Assembly: GCA_031414535.1 (NCBI GenBank)
Contig: JANNVQ010000054.1
Coordinates: 64,001 to 128,000 of the forward strand
Direction: 5' to 3'
Length of the DNA stretch: 64,000 nucleotides
From: Gemmatimonas sp.
Lineage (GTDB): Bacteria > Gemmatimonadota > Gemmatimonadetes > Gemmatimonadales > Gemmatimonadaceae
The position numbers and the translations under genes are program-made. The notes under the pieces are model-generated. The model searched no databases, was not told the DNA's origin, and saw only the letters and a program-made list of their open reading frames with translations. Of the stretch, positions 26,915-36,258 are shown one piece after another. Position 1 is the stretch's first letter, and each line of letters opens with the position of its first letter.

Positions 26915-28297
26915 CTACAACAACCAGCGTGGATCGGCCGACGGCAACGAATCCCACACGGGCTGCATTGACTGCCAATCAGGATGTCCAAACTGGTAGT
27001 ACGTGAGCTGCTTACCCAGCTCCACGCCGGGCTGGTCGAGCGCATCGATGCCGTACAGCTGGCCGGCGTAAATGGTGGCGAGTTCGAAGAACATGAACAG
27101 GCCCCCGAGATGCCAGGCGTCCACCTGCGAGACGCGCAACGTCATCGACGCACGCCCGCCCCGCGCCAGCGCTCCTGCCGTCGCTCGGCACTCTGCGCGG
27201 AGCAACTCCCCAAACGTGCGGCCCTTCAAGTAGGCGAGTTCCGCGGGCGCACCATCACCGAAGGGAATCACCAGATCGTCGGGGTGTGACGCCACGTCGA
27301 TAAAGGTCACCGTCTTGTCGAGCGGTCCTTCCATGAACAACTGCACCTGCGCGTGCTGGTCGGTGGCGCCAACGGCGGCGATGGGCGTCGGTCCCACGTG
27401 CTCACCATCGGGACGGCGCTTGCCCAGCGACTCCGCCCAGAGCTGCACGAACCACGGCGCAAGGTCGCGTAGCGCATCGCTGTACGGCATGAGGACCTGC
27501 GTCCCCTGTCCGGCCACGCGATGCGCGCGCCACTGCAGCGCGGCGAACGCGAGCGCAGGATCTTCGCGCATAGAGGCGCCAGCGCAACGATCTCGCATAG
27601 CGGCGGCACCGGCCACCAGCGCCTCCACATCAACGCCGAGCAAGGCCGAGGGCAAAGTGCCAACCGGACTCAGTACGCTGAAGCGCCCGCCCACATTGGC
27701 TGGCACCTCGAACGCGGGCACGCCTTCGCTTTCGGCCACGCGGCGCAGCGCGCCCTTGCTGGGATCCGTGATGAACGCGATGTGCTCGCGCGCCGGCAGG
27801 CCGGCCTGCCGCAGTCGCTCGCGCACCAACAAGTACTGCGCCATGGTCTCGGCGGTGCTACCCGACTTAGAGATGACCAAAAAGCGCGTGCGCGCGAGGT
27901 TCACGAAATCGAGCAGTCCTGCTACGCTGCGCGGATCCACATTGTCGAGCACATGCAGGCGCGGACGCCCGTCGCGCTGCTCGGGGCTGCGTGCATTCCA
28001 GTCGCGTGGCAGCAGCGCGGTGCGCAGGCAGGTCGCGCCGAGCGCGGAGCCGCCGATACCGAGGACCACGACGTCATCAATGCCACGCCGCACGGTCGCG
28101 GCCCAATCCTGCACGCGCGCCCGCTCGGACGCATGCGCCTCGAGTTCGCGAAAGCCGAGCACCCCGCGCGCGGCCTGCTCGCGCGCGCCAGCCACCGCTG
28201 AGACAAGCGTTGGAGCGAGTGCGTCGAGTTCCGCAGCATCGGGTCCCGAGGGCACCGCCGAACGCAGCATTCCGCTCACATCCAAATGAATCGTCAA
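26915..28297 (-). CDS. pgi: Glucose-6-phosphate isomerase
   Basis: LGIGGSALG, VISKSGSTAET, VGGRFSVLS, QLWAESLGK, GATDQHA, DQPGVELGK. Confidence 0.94.
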   Translation of the reverse strand: MTIHLDVSGMLRSAVPSGPDAAELDALAPTLVSAVAGAREQAARGVLGFRELEAHASERARVQDWAATVRRGIDDVVVLGIGGSALGATCLRTALLPRDWNARSPEQRDGRPRLHVLDNVDPRSVAGLLDFVNLARTRFLVISKSGSTAETMAQYLLVRERLRQAGLPAREHIAFITDPSKGALRRVAESEGVPAFEVPANVGGRFSVLSPVGTLPSALLGVDVEALVAGAAAMRDRCAGASMREDPALAFAALQWRAHRVAGQGTQVLMPYSDALRDLAPWFVQLWAESLGKRRPDGEHVGPTPIAAVGATDQHAQVQLFMEGPLDKTVTFIDVASHPDDLVIPFGDGAPAELAYLKGRTFGELLRAECRATAGALARGGRASMTLRVSQVDAWHLGGLFMFFELATIYAGQLYGIDALDQPGVELGKQLTYYQFGHPDWQSMQPVWDSLPSADPRWLL

Positions 28298-29073
28298 CTG
28301 GAAATCTCCACAGTAAGTCCGTCGTACGCAGGCATGACGCCCGCAGGCAGCGCCGCTTCGAGCGCGGCATGCGCCGTCTCATGCGTGAGGTGAGTGAGGT
28401 AGGTGCGTTTGGCGCCCACACGCGCGGCGGCCTCCACGGCCTCGCCCAAGGAGAGGTGCGTGGGATGCGAGGTCCGGAACAGGGCATTGAGCACGAGCAC
28501 GTCTGCACCACGAAGCTGCGCCACGGCCGCGTCAGTGAGCTCCTTGGCGTCCGTAACGTACGCCAGCGGTCCGATGCGATAGCCGAAGACGCGAATACGG
28601 CCGTGCGGAAGCTCCACGGGCACCACGTCCAAATGGCCGATGCGGGTGCTGATGCCGGGCTCCATGACGTAGGCAAACCCCTCGGGCTTCGTGGTGCCCG
28701 GTAGCGGCTTCATGGCGGAGTCGAAAATGTACGGGAAGCGCCTCGCGAGGGACTCGAGCGTCTCGCGCGGCCCGTACATGGGCAGGGCACCATCCCGACG
28801 CACGGAGATGGCCCGCACGTCATCAATACCGTGCGTATGGTCGGCGTGTTCGTGTGTGAACAGCACCGCGTCCACGCGATCCACACCCGCAGCAATCAGC
28901 TGCAGGCGCAGTTCCGGTGGCGTATCAATCAGCAAGCGCAGGCCGGCGTCTTCCACCACGGCACCAACACGCGTGCGCTTGTCGCGCGGATCCTCGGACC
29001 GACAGACCGCGCACCCGCACCCAATCTGCGGCACGCCAAAGCTCGTGCCGGTGCCGAGGAAGGTCAGCCTCAC
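28294..29073 (-). CDS. MBL-fold metallo-hydrolase (PhnP-like)
   Basis: FLGTGTSFGVP..CGCAVC, THEHADHTHG, AYVTD, THLTH. Confidence 0.9.
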   Translation of the reverse strand: MRLTFLGTGTSFGVPQIGCGCAVCRSEDPRDKRTRVGAVVEDAGLRLLIDTPPELRLQLIAAGVDRVDAVLFTHEHADHTHGIDDVRAISVRRDGALPMYGPRETLESLARRFPYIFDSAMKPLPGTTKPEGFAYVMEPGISTRIGHLDVVPVELPHGRIRVFGYRIGPLAYVTDAKELTDAAVAQLRGADVLVLNALFRTSHPTHLSLGEAVEAAARVGAKRTYLTHLTHETAHAALEAALPAGVMPAYDGLTVEISS

Positions 29074-30497
29074 ACCGTCTCTACCTTCAGCTGGTTGGTG
29101 GTGCCGGGCACGTCAAACGGGACACCGGCCGTGATGACAATCCTCTCCCCCGCCTGCGCCAGCTTGTGCTTGAGGAGCAGGTCTCGCGCCAAGCCTGCCA
29201 TCTGATCGTAGGTGTCGCAGTGTGGCACCAAGAACGGCGTGACGCCCCACGTGAGCGCCAGCTGATTGTAGGTGCGCACATTGTCCGTGAGCACCACGAT
29301 GTTCACGTTGGGACGCCGAGCCGCCACGACGCGGGCGCTAAAACCGCTCTTGGTGAAGACCACAACGGTATGCGCCCCGAGCAGTCGGACGGCGGTGACG
29401 CTCGCCGAAGCGATTGTCTCCTCGACGGTCGCCTCACCAGGCTGCAGACGGTCGAGCCCGAGACCGCGCGCCACGGGCGCCGCCTCGGCGGCCGTCGCAA
29501 TGCGTCGCATGGCCTGCACCGCCAGCACGGGGTGCAGGCCGGCGGCGGTTTCGGCCGAGAGCATCACGGCATCAGTGCCATCGAGAATCGCGTTCGCGAC
29601 GTCGCTGGCCTCGGCGCGCGTGGGACGCGGATTCTGAATCATGGACTCGAGCATCTGCGTGGCCGTGATCACCGGGCGGCCGTAACGATTGGCGAGCGAG
29701 ATGATACGCTTTTGTTGCAGCGGCACTTGCTCGAACGGCAGTTCGACACCGAGATCACCGCGCGCCACCATCACGGCATCGGACACCTTGAGGATGCCCT
29801 CGATGCGCTCGAGTGCAGAGTCCTTCTCAATCTTGGCGACGACTAGCATGCCTTTGGGCAGCAGGGCCTTCAGCTCAAGAATGTCCTCTGGCCGACGCAC
29901 GAAGCTCAGCGCGAGGTAGTCAATATCCTGCTCGATCGCGAAGAGAATGTCCGCGCGATCCTTCTCGGTGAGCGACGGCGCAGAGACATCAATGCCCGGG
30001 AGGTTCATCCCCTTGTTGCTCTTGAGCAGTCCGCCGTAGCGCACCGTGGCGTGGACACGCGGGCCTTCAACCTTCGTCACCTCAAGGGAGATGAGCCCAT
30101 CGTCCACGAGAATGTTTCCACCCACATGCACGTCGGTGGAGAGGTCATCGTAGGTGACTGGGATCTCGCCCTCGGCGGCCGTGTCCTCGTGGACGAGCAC
30201 GACGGTGTCCCCAACCGCGAGTGTGAGGGCTTCGGCGAGTACACCAATGCGAATACGCGGGCCCTGCAGGTCGCCGAGGATGGCCACGGGCCGGCCCATG
30301 TCCTCGGCGATGGCACGGATGTTCTGCACCGTGCGCGCATGCATCTCGTGCGCGCCGTGCGAGAAGTTGAGCCGTGCGACATTCACCCCGGCGAGGATCA
30401 GCTGCCGGATGACATCAGGTGATGACGACGAGGGGCCAATCGTGGCGACGATCTTGGTGACGCCGGTGTTCTGCCAAGCGGTGGAGGAATTGTTCAC
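29070..30497 (-). CDS. pyk: Pyruvate kinase
   Basis: TKIVATIGPSS, ARLNFSHG, DLQGPRIR, AKIE, MVARGDLGVE, ATQMLESM, TRAEASD; GTG 30497 chosen just after tal stop. Confidence 0.95.
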   Translation of the reverse strand: MNNSSTAWQNTGVTKIVATIGPSSSSPDVIRQLILAGVNVARLNFSHGAHEMHARTVQNIRAIAEDMGRPVAILGDLQGPRIRIGVLAEALTLAVGDTVVLVHEDTAAEGEIPVTYDDLSTDVHVGGNILVDDGLISLEVTKVEGPRVHATVRYGGLLKSNKGMNLPGIDVSAPSLTEKDRADILFAIEQDIDYLALSFVRRPEDILELKALLPKGMLVVAKIEKDSALERIEGILKVSDAVMVARGDLGVELPFEQVPLQQKRIISLANRYGRPVITATQMLESMIQNPRPTRAEASDVANAILDGTDAVMLSAETAAGLHPVLAVQAMRRIATAAEAAPVARGLGLDRLQPGEATVEETIASASVTAVRLLGAHTVVVFTKSGFSARVVAARRPNVNIVVLTDNVRTYNQLALTWGVTPFLVPHCDTYDQMAGLARDLLLKHKLAQAGERIVITAGVPFDVPGTTNQLKVETV

Positions 30498-30501
30498 AGG
30501 T

Positions 30502-31647
30502 TCAGCGGCCGGCGCCGACCGCGTGCCCGAGGGCCGCCGTCTTTTGCTCGATGCCAGCAATGAGGGAGTCGAACGACTTCTGGAATGACGTGAGACCTTC
30601 GGCGAGCAACTTGTCGGTCACGGCATCGAGCGTGATGCCGTGCTGTTCGAGTTCCGCAAGGACGGCATCCGCGGCGGCCAGATCGCGGTCCACGGCGCGC
30701 ACGGTCACACCGTGGTCACGATAGGCTTCGAGCGTATTGGGCGGCATCGTGTTGACCGTGTCGGGACCGATGAGCCCCTCCACATAGATCGTGTCGCGAT
30801 ACGACGGATTTTTGGTGCTGGTGCTCGCCCAGAGCGGGCGTTGCAGCTGAGCGCCCTTTGCGGCCAGCGCACTCCAGCGCGTGCCGCTGAACTTCTCGCG
30901 GAACAGGCGGTAGGCGCGCTTCGCATTGGCGATTGCCGCTTTGCCCTGCAGATGCGTGGCCACCTCGGCGCTGATTGTGCCGGCCTTCGCCAGCGCGTCG
31001 AGCTGGGCGTCAATCGCGGAGTCCACGCGGCTGACAAAGAACGAGGCCACGCTGGCCACATGATTGAGCGGCTGGCCCGCGGCTGCGCGACGCTCGAGTC
31101 CGGAGATGAACGCCTCAATCACGCGCTCGTGCGCCGCCACGGCGAAAAGCAGCGTGACGTTCACGTTGAGCCCGTCGGCAATCAACTGCTCAAGGGCAAT
31201 ACAGCCCTCTTCTGTGCCAGGCACCTTGATCATCACATTCGGGCGGTCCACCGTCTGCCAGAGGCGATGCGCTTCGGCGACGGTCGCCGCAGCGTCATGC
31301 GCGGCACCAGGCGACACCTCAATGGACACATAGCCATCGAGCATCTTCGTGGCGTCGTAGACCGGGCGAAAAATGTCGCAAGCCGTGCGCACATCATCCG
31401 TCTCCACGAGCTCAAACAGCTGCCAGGCGGTCTTCCCGGCTGCCGCGGACTTTAGCTGGGCGTCATAAGCCGAACCCGAGGCAAGCGCCTTCTCGAAAAT
31501 GGTTGGGTTGGACGTGATGCCGGTGAGGGCTTCGTCTCGAATGCGGCGGGAGAGGGTATCGCCCTGCAGAAGCGAACGGTCAATGAAGTCGAGCCAAATG
31601 GACTGGCCAGCGGCGTTGAGTGCGTGCAATGGTGTGGAGGCGGACAT
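30502..31647 (-). CDS. tal: Transaldolase
   Basis: GQSIWLD, GITSNPTIF, VSIEVSP, NVMIKVP, NVNVTLLF, ASFFVSRVD, QRPLWASTSTKNP. Confidence 0.94.
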   Translation of the reverse strand: MSASTPLHALNAAGQSIWLDFIDRSLLQGDTLSRRIRDEALTGITSNPTIFEKALASGSAYDAQLKSAAAGKTAWQLFELVETDDVRTACDIFRPVYDATKMLDGYVSIEVSPGAAHDAAATVAEAHRLWQTVDRPNVMIKVPGTEEGCIALEQLIADGLNVNVTLLFAVAAHERVIEAFISGLERRAAAGQPLNHVASVASFFVSRVDSAIDAQLDALAKAGTISAEVATHLQGKAAIANAKRAYRLFREKFSGTRWSALAAKGAQLQRPLWASTSTKNPSYRDTIYVEGLIGPDTVNTMPPNTLEAYRDHGVTVRAVDRDLAAADAVLAELEQHGITLDAVTDKLLAEGLTSFQKSFDSLIAGIEQKTAALGHAVGAGR

Positions 31648-31759
31648 CGGCGTAGGGCAAGAGTGACGGGGGCGAGCCGACAATTTACCATTCCGTAGCG
31701 CCCAATGCGTCAAAGCGGCACCTTTCTTTTTCGCCCTCCCCGCCCCCGTTCCCGATTCC

Positions 31760-33736
31760 GTGGATCTGAACGAACCGCTGACCGGCCCTACAGGCACCAC
31801 CCGAGCCGCCTGGTGGCGACGATTGTCGCTGACGGCGCAGTTGGCGTCCATTGGCGTGATGGTCGCCATGGCGTGGTTCCTCACCGCGCGCCTCGCCTCC
31901 GAAGTGCAACGGGAAGAGACGAGGCAGATGGGCGAGCGTTTGGACCGTCTGCACTTAGCAGAAGTCGCGACGGTGCGTCTTCAGTCCTCGCTCAACGCCA
32001 TCGCGTCCGCCCAGCGCGGTTATGTCCTGACGAGCGAACCCGATCAACTCCTGCGCTATGAGTCGGCGCTGAGGGCGTTTCGGTCCGATGCGACGGTGAT
32101 TCGGGAGCAGATGCGCCACAACTTAGCCGTACTTAATCGGCTCGAGCGTGTTCAGGAGCAGGCCGTCCGCTACGACACGGAGATTGCCCGGCCAAACTTC
32201 GTGGAAGTCCGCTCGAGTGGCCTGCTTGGATTTTCCCCGGGCTCGCCAGGGGCAGCGCGCGTGCGGCGTGGCATCGCACTCATGGAGAGCGTGCGCGTGG
32301 AACACGCGCTCATGCTCAGAGAAGTGCGTGAGAACCGAACGCAGCTTGAGGCCGAGATTGAATTGGGGGAAGCCGCCGATGAATGGGAGAGCTTTCTCAT
32401 TCGCGCGGCCGCCGTGGCGATTTTCTTTCTCGCCCTCATTCTTGTCATGCGCCTGCTCTCGCGCTCACTTTCCAAAGTGGTCGGAGCGGCCGAGGCGCTT
32501 GAGGCAGGCCGCTACGACGAAGCGCGCCTGCCCTACCACCAGCGCGCTCCCAACGCGGAAATGGCGCGACTCGGTCTCACCTTCGACCGACTTGCCATCA
32601 GCATTGCCACCCGCGAGCGGCAGCTGCAGGACGACATCGAACAGTTAAAAGATCTCGAACGCCTGAAGACGGACTTCGTCTCGACGGTGAGCCACGAGTT
32701 GCGCACGCCACTGACCTCGATGCGCGGGGCGCTCGGGCTACTGCTCGGCGGTGCCGGCGGCGACTTGAGCCCCAAAGGCCGCGAGTTGTTGCGCATCGCG
32801 CTCACCAACACCGACCGGCTGATTCGGCTCATCAACGACATTCTCGACATCGAAAAAATTGACGCCGGACACGTGCAGATTCGGCGCGACCGCTTGCTTC
32901 TTCGTCCCCTGCTCGAAACGACGCTGGCCGGCCTCGATGGGTATGCCCGCGATGCCGGCGTCACGCTCGAGTTGCGCGACGTCCCCGAGCTGGAGCTTAT
33001 CGGCGACGGTGACCGCCTGATCCAGGTGTTCACGAACCTGATTTCGAATGCTGTGAAGTTCTCGCCGAGGGAAGCGGCTGTGGAGGTGCGGGCACTCGTC
33101 GAAGGCGATGCCGTGCGGGTCTGCGTGCGCGACCACGGCCAAGGCATCCCAGCGGAGTTTGCCTCACGCATCTTCGGGCGCTTCCAGCAGGCTGGCGGTG
33201 CCGCCTCGCGTCGTAGCGGAGGCACGGGCCTCGGGCTCAGCATTGCGAAGGCCATCACAGAACTGCACGGCGGACGCATCGGCTTCGAGAACGCTGAGGG
33301 TGGCGGTACGGTGTTCCAAGTACAACTGCCCATCGCCCCGGCGCCGGAAGGCAATGAGGATGCGCGCCCCGTGCTGCTCATCGTCGAGGACGACGATTCC
33401 ATGCGTACGGTTATGTCCACGCTGTTCGGGCCCTACGCGCATTCGATCACGGTGCCTGATGCCGTCGGTGCCATGAAGGCCTTGAACAAGCACAAGGTGC
33501 GCGTGCTCATCGTGGACCACGGCCTGCCGGGCATGGATGGCCTAGCCTTCTCGCGACGTCTGCGCGCGGACCCGCGGTTCCGCGCCCTGCCCATCATCCT
33601 CTACTCGGCCATCGAGTTCTCGCAAGAGGATCTGCGGGACTCGGGGATTCGCATTGGCGATGCCTTCGTGAAGACCCGGGACTCGGAGCAGTCGCTGCTG
33701 GAGCGGGTGAAACGCGAGATTCAGGGCAGTACCTGA
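31760..33736 (+). CDS. Hybrid sensor kinase (CHASE3-like, HAMP, HisKA, HATPase, REC)
   Basis: TM, AQRGYVLT (CHASE3), TM, FVSTVSHELRTP, NLISNAVKFS, GGTGLGL, C-terminal LLIVEDD..IVDHGLPGMDG. Confidence 0.9.
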   Translation: MDLNEPLTGPTGTTRAAWWRRLSLTAQLASIGVMVAMAWFLTARLASEVQREETRQMGERLDRLHLAEVATVRLQSSLNAIASAQRGYVLTSEPDQLLRYESALRAFRSDATVIREQMRHNLAVLNRLERVQEQAVRYDTEIARPNFVEVRSSGLLGFSPGSPGAARVRRGIALMESVRVEHALMLREVRENRTQLEAEIELGEAADEWESFLIRAAAVAIFFLALILVMRLLSRSLSKVVGAAEALEAGRYDEARLPYHQRAPNAEMARLGLTFDRLAISIATRERQLQDDIEQLKDLERLKTDFVSTVSHELRTPLTSMRGALGLLLGGAGGDLSPKGRELLRIALTNTDRLIRLINDILDIEKIDAGHVQIRRDRLLLRPLLETTLAGLDGYARDAGVTLELRDVPELELIGDGDRLIQVFTNLISNAVKFSPREAAVEVRALVEGDAVRVCVRDHGQGIPAEFASRIFGRFQQAGGAASRRSGGTGLGLSIAKAITELHGGRIGFENAEGGGTVFQVQLPIAPAPEGNEDARPVLLIVEDDDSMRTVMSTLFGPYAHSITVPDAVGAMKALNKHKVRVLIVDHGLPGMDGLAFSRRLRADPRFRALPIILYSAIEFSQEDLRDSGIRIGDAFVKTRDSEQSLLERVKREIQGST

Positions 33737-33757
33737 GGGACGCTCAATCCAAGAAAC

Positions 33758-35191
33758 TCAGCTGGGCTTCTTCGTGCCGAAGCCTTCGCGCGTCATCTTG
33801 CCCCAGCTCTCGACGCCTCGCAGATGCTTCCAGAAGCCCTCAAGGCGGTAGAGCACGGTCATCTGGCGGTAGCCGAGTCCTTCGATGAGGGCAAAGCCGA
33901 TGAGCACCCAAAAGTCGCTGCGTCGCCGGTAGCGCTTGAAGCTGACCTCCTCTAGCACCACGGCCCAGATGGAGAGGATGGTGCCGTAGCCAATGGCCAC
34001 GCCAAAGAAGAGGACGGCGAAGCCAGGGTCCACGGCACCGAGCGCGAGGCCAATGAACAATGCCACCCATCCAATCATTTCCACGACCGGCGCAATCATC
34101 TCACCAAAGACATAAAACGGAACGGCGAGCATGCCGATGCTGCCGTAGCGCGGATTGAACAACATGGTGCGATGCGTCCACATGGTCCCGATGAGTCCGC
34201 GATGCCATCGCTCGCGCTGACGACGCAGCACCAAGGTCGAGGCGGGGACCTCGGTCCACGCCACAGGATCGGGAATGAATGGCATCGTGGCCTTGATCCG
34301 ATTCTCGCGCAGGTACCGATGCAGCCGGACGACGAGGTCCATGTCCTCGGTCACGTTGCCCGTCTTGTAGCCTCCGATGGCGAGCAGGTACTCCTTGCGA
34401 AATAGACCGAAGGCGCCGGAGATGATGAGGTTGCCGCCAAGTTTGTTCCAGCCGAGTCGGCCGAACAGGAAGGCGCGGAGATACTCCACGACCTGACAGC
34501 CCACGAGCCATTGACGTGAGACGCGCGCATCCGTCACGCGTCCCATCTCGACGGTGCACGCGTTGGCCACGCGAATGGTTCCACCCACGGCCGCCACGTT
34601 GCTGCCGAGCAGGAAGGGTCGTGCCAAGCGCATCAAGGCATCGGGCTCAATCAGCGTGTCGGCATCCACCGCGACCACGAAGGGGTGACGCGCCGCATTC
34701 ATAGCCGCGTTGAGCGAGTCGGCCTTGCCCCCATTTTCCTTGTCAATGACGAGCAGCCGCGCGTGGCGGCGCGACCGATAGTACGCGCGCACATCCTTGG
34801 TACGAATGGTCACCGGAAACGCCGGCGGCACTTCGTACAGGTCAAACTCCTTCACAAGCGAGTTCATGGTCCCGTCTTTGGAGCCGTCGTTGACCACGAC
34901 GATTTCCAACTGGGGATACTCCAGCGTGAGGAAGGAGAGCAAGCTGGCCCCGATGGTCACTTCTTCGTTGTACGCTGGTACGAGGAGTGATAGGGGTGGC
35001 AGCGAGTCCGACGACAGCAGGCGCTGGAGATGCTCGTCGGCGGCGAGACGCCAGTGGCTCCAGAGCTCAGGAATGGAGAGCAAGAGCAGCACCGCGTAGC
35101 CCGTGCTCAGGATGAGCAAGTAGACGAGCGCGGTGACGTCGGTCCAGTACAGGACGTTGCGGATGGCTTCGACGATATTGGCGCCGCTCAT
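33758..35191 (-). CDS. Processive family 2 glycosyltransferase (PgaC/IcaA/cellulose-synthase-like)
   Basis: VPAYNEE, VNDGSKD, GGKADSLN, DAD, SGAFGLFR, TED, QRERW; one N-terminal and several C-terminal TM helices. Confidence 0.92.
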   Translation of the reverse strand: MSGANIVEAIRNVLYWTDVTALVYLLILSTGYAVLLLLSIPELWSHWRLAADEHLQRLLSSDSLPPLSLLVPAYNEEVTIGASLLSFLTLEYPQLEIVVVNDGSKDGTMNSLVKEFDLYEVPPAFPVTIRTKDVRAYYRSRRHARLLVIDKENGGKADSLNAAMNAARHPFVVAVDADTLIEPDALMRLARPFLLGSNVAAVGGTIRVANACTVEMGRVTDARVSRQWLVGCQVVEYLRAFLFGRLGWNKLGGNLIISGAFGLFRKEYLLAIGGYKTGNVTEDMDLVVRLHRYLRENRIKATMPFIPDPVAWTEVPASTLVLRRQRERWHRGLIGTMWTHRTMLFNPRYGSIGMLAVPFYVFGEMIAPVVEMIGWVALFIGLALGAVDPGFAVLFFGVAIGYGTILSIWAVVLEEVSFKRYRRRSDFWVLIGFALIEGLGYRQMTVLYRLEGFWKHLRGVESWGKMTREGFGTKKPS

Positions 35192-36258
35192 CCCTGCCCC
35201 ATCTCAAGAATGGCGCCATCCGAGAGGCCCGAGACCATCGTGGCCATGTCGCGGGCAAATCGATCGTCACCCTCCCGGGCGACGCGCAAGGCGGCACGGC
35301 CACGTTCTCCGAGTTGCGCGAGTGCGAGCGCAGCATGCAGGCGCACTTGCCACACGGGATCCCGTATCAGCGGGGCGAGCAATGGCGTGGCGCCGCTGGC
35401 GCCGAGTTCGCCGAGGGAGCGCGCCGCGGCCGCACGCACGGTCGCGTCGGGGTCGCCCACCAGCTGGGCGAGGGCGCGCGCCGCTTCGGGGCCGGCAAAG
35501 CGTCCAAGCGCACGCGCCACGGTGCGCCGCACGAATGCCGCGGGATGCGCGATGTGCGCGAGTGACGACGCAATCGCGCGCGGATCATCCAACGACGCCG
35601 CGAGCGAGATCCATGCCGCGAGCTCATTGGGTCTGGCCCCGGCGCGAATTCGCTGCGCCAATTGCTCACCCGCGGCTGTCGCGCGCTGACGGAGCACCGT
35701 GGTGAGAAAGTTGCGCGTCACCTTGGGCATGGAGAACAGGTCATCCATCACCTGGCCAAAGAGTGCGGCATCGGCCACGCGCGGGAGTGCCGACACCGCG
35801 GCGATCTGCACGGCCGGATGCTGGTCGCGCAGGAGTTCCCGCACCGCCTCGCTGTCCTTTGACGTCCCGATAATCGAAAGCGCGCGGCCGGCCTCCAGCC
35901 TCCGCCACCAAAAGCGCGACCGCCGACGCTCCACCGCAACGCGCATCCACGGTTCCCCGCGCAATGCGACGGCCAACTCGTTTCGCTGCGACTCCGGAAT
36001 CGTCTGCCGCGCCAGCAACGAGATGTAGCCAACCGCCGTGCCCCGAGGAAGCGCACGCAGTGCGCGCACCACCGGCTCCGGGTGCGCGCCGGCCACAATC
36101 CAGTCGCGCAAGGGACCCTCAAGTGCCGCACGGCCAGCCACGAAGGCCGTGCGCCGCTCGCGATCGTAGCGTCGGCGGACCAAGACAAAACCCAAGAGCA
36201 GCACCAGAAAAATCACCTGGACGATGCCGACGACCGCGAGGATGAAGGCGGCGTTCAC
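35188..36258 (-). CDS. Membrane-anchored HEAT-repeat protein
   Basis: N-terminal TM; repeated D.....VR.AAA.ALG units; coupled to both neighbours. Confidence 0.88.
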   Translation of the reverse strand: MNAAFILAVVGIVQVIFLVLLLGFVLVRRRYDRERRTAFVAGRAALEGPLRDWIVAGAHPEPVVRALRALPRGTAVGYISLLARQTIPESQRNELAVALRGEPWMRVAVERRRSRFWWRRLEAGRALSIIGTSKDSEAVRELLRDQHPAVQIAAVSALPRVADAALFGQVMDDLFSMPKVTRNFLTTVLRQRATAAGEQLAQRIRAGARPNELAAWISLAASLDDPRAIASSLAHIAHPAAFVRRTVARALGRFAGPEAARALAQLVGDPDATVRAAAARSLGELGASGATPLLAPLIRDPVWQVRLHAALALAQLGERGRAALRVAREGDDRFARDMATMVSGLSDGAILEMGQG

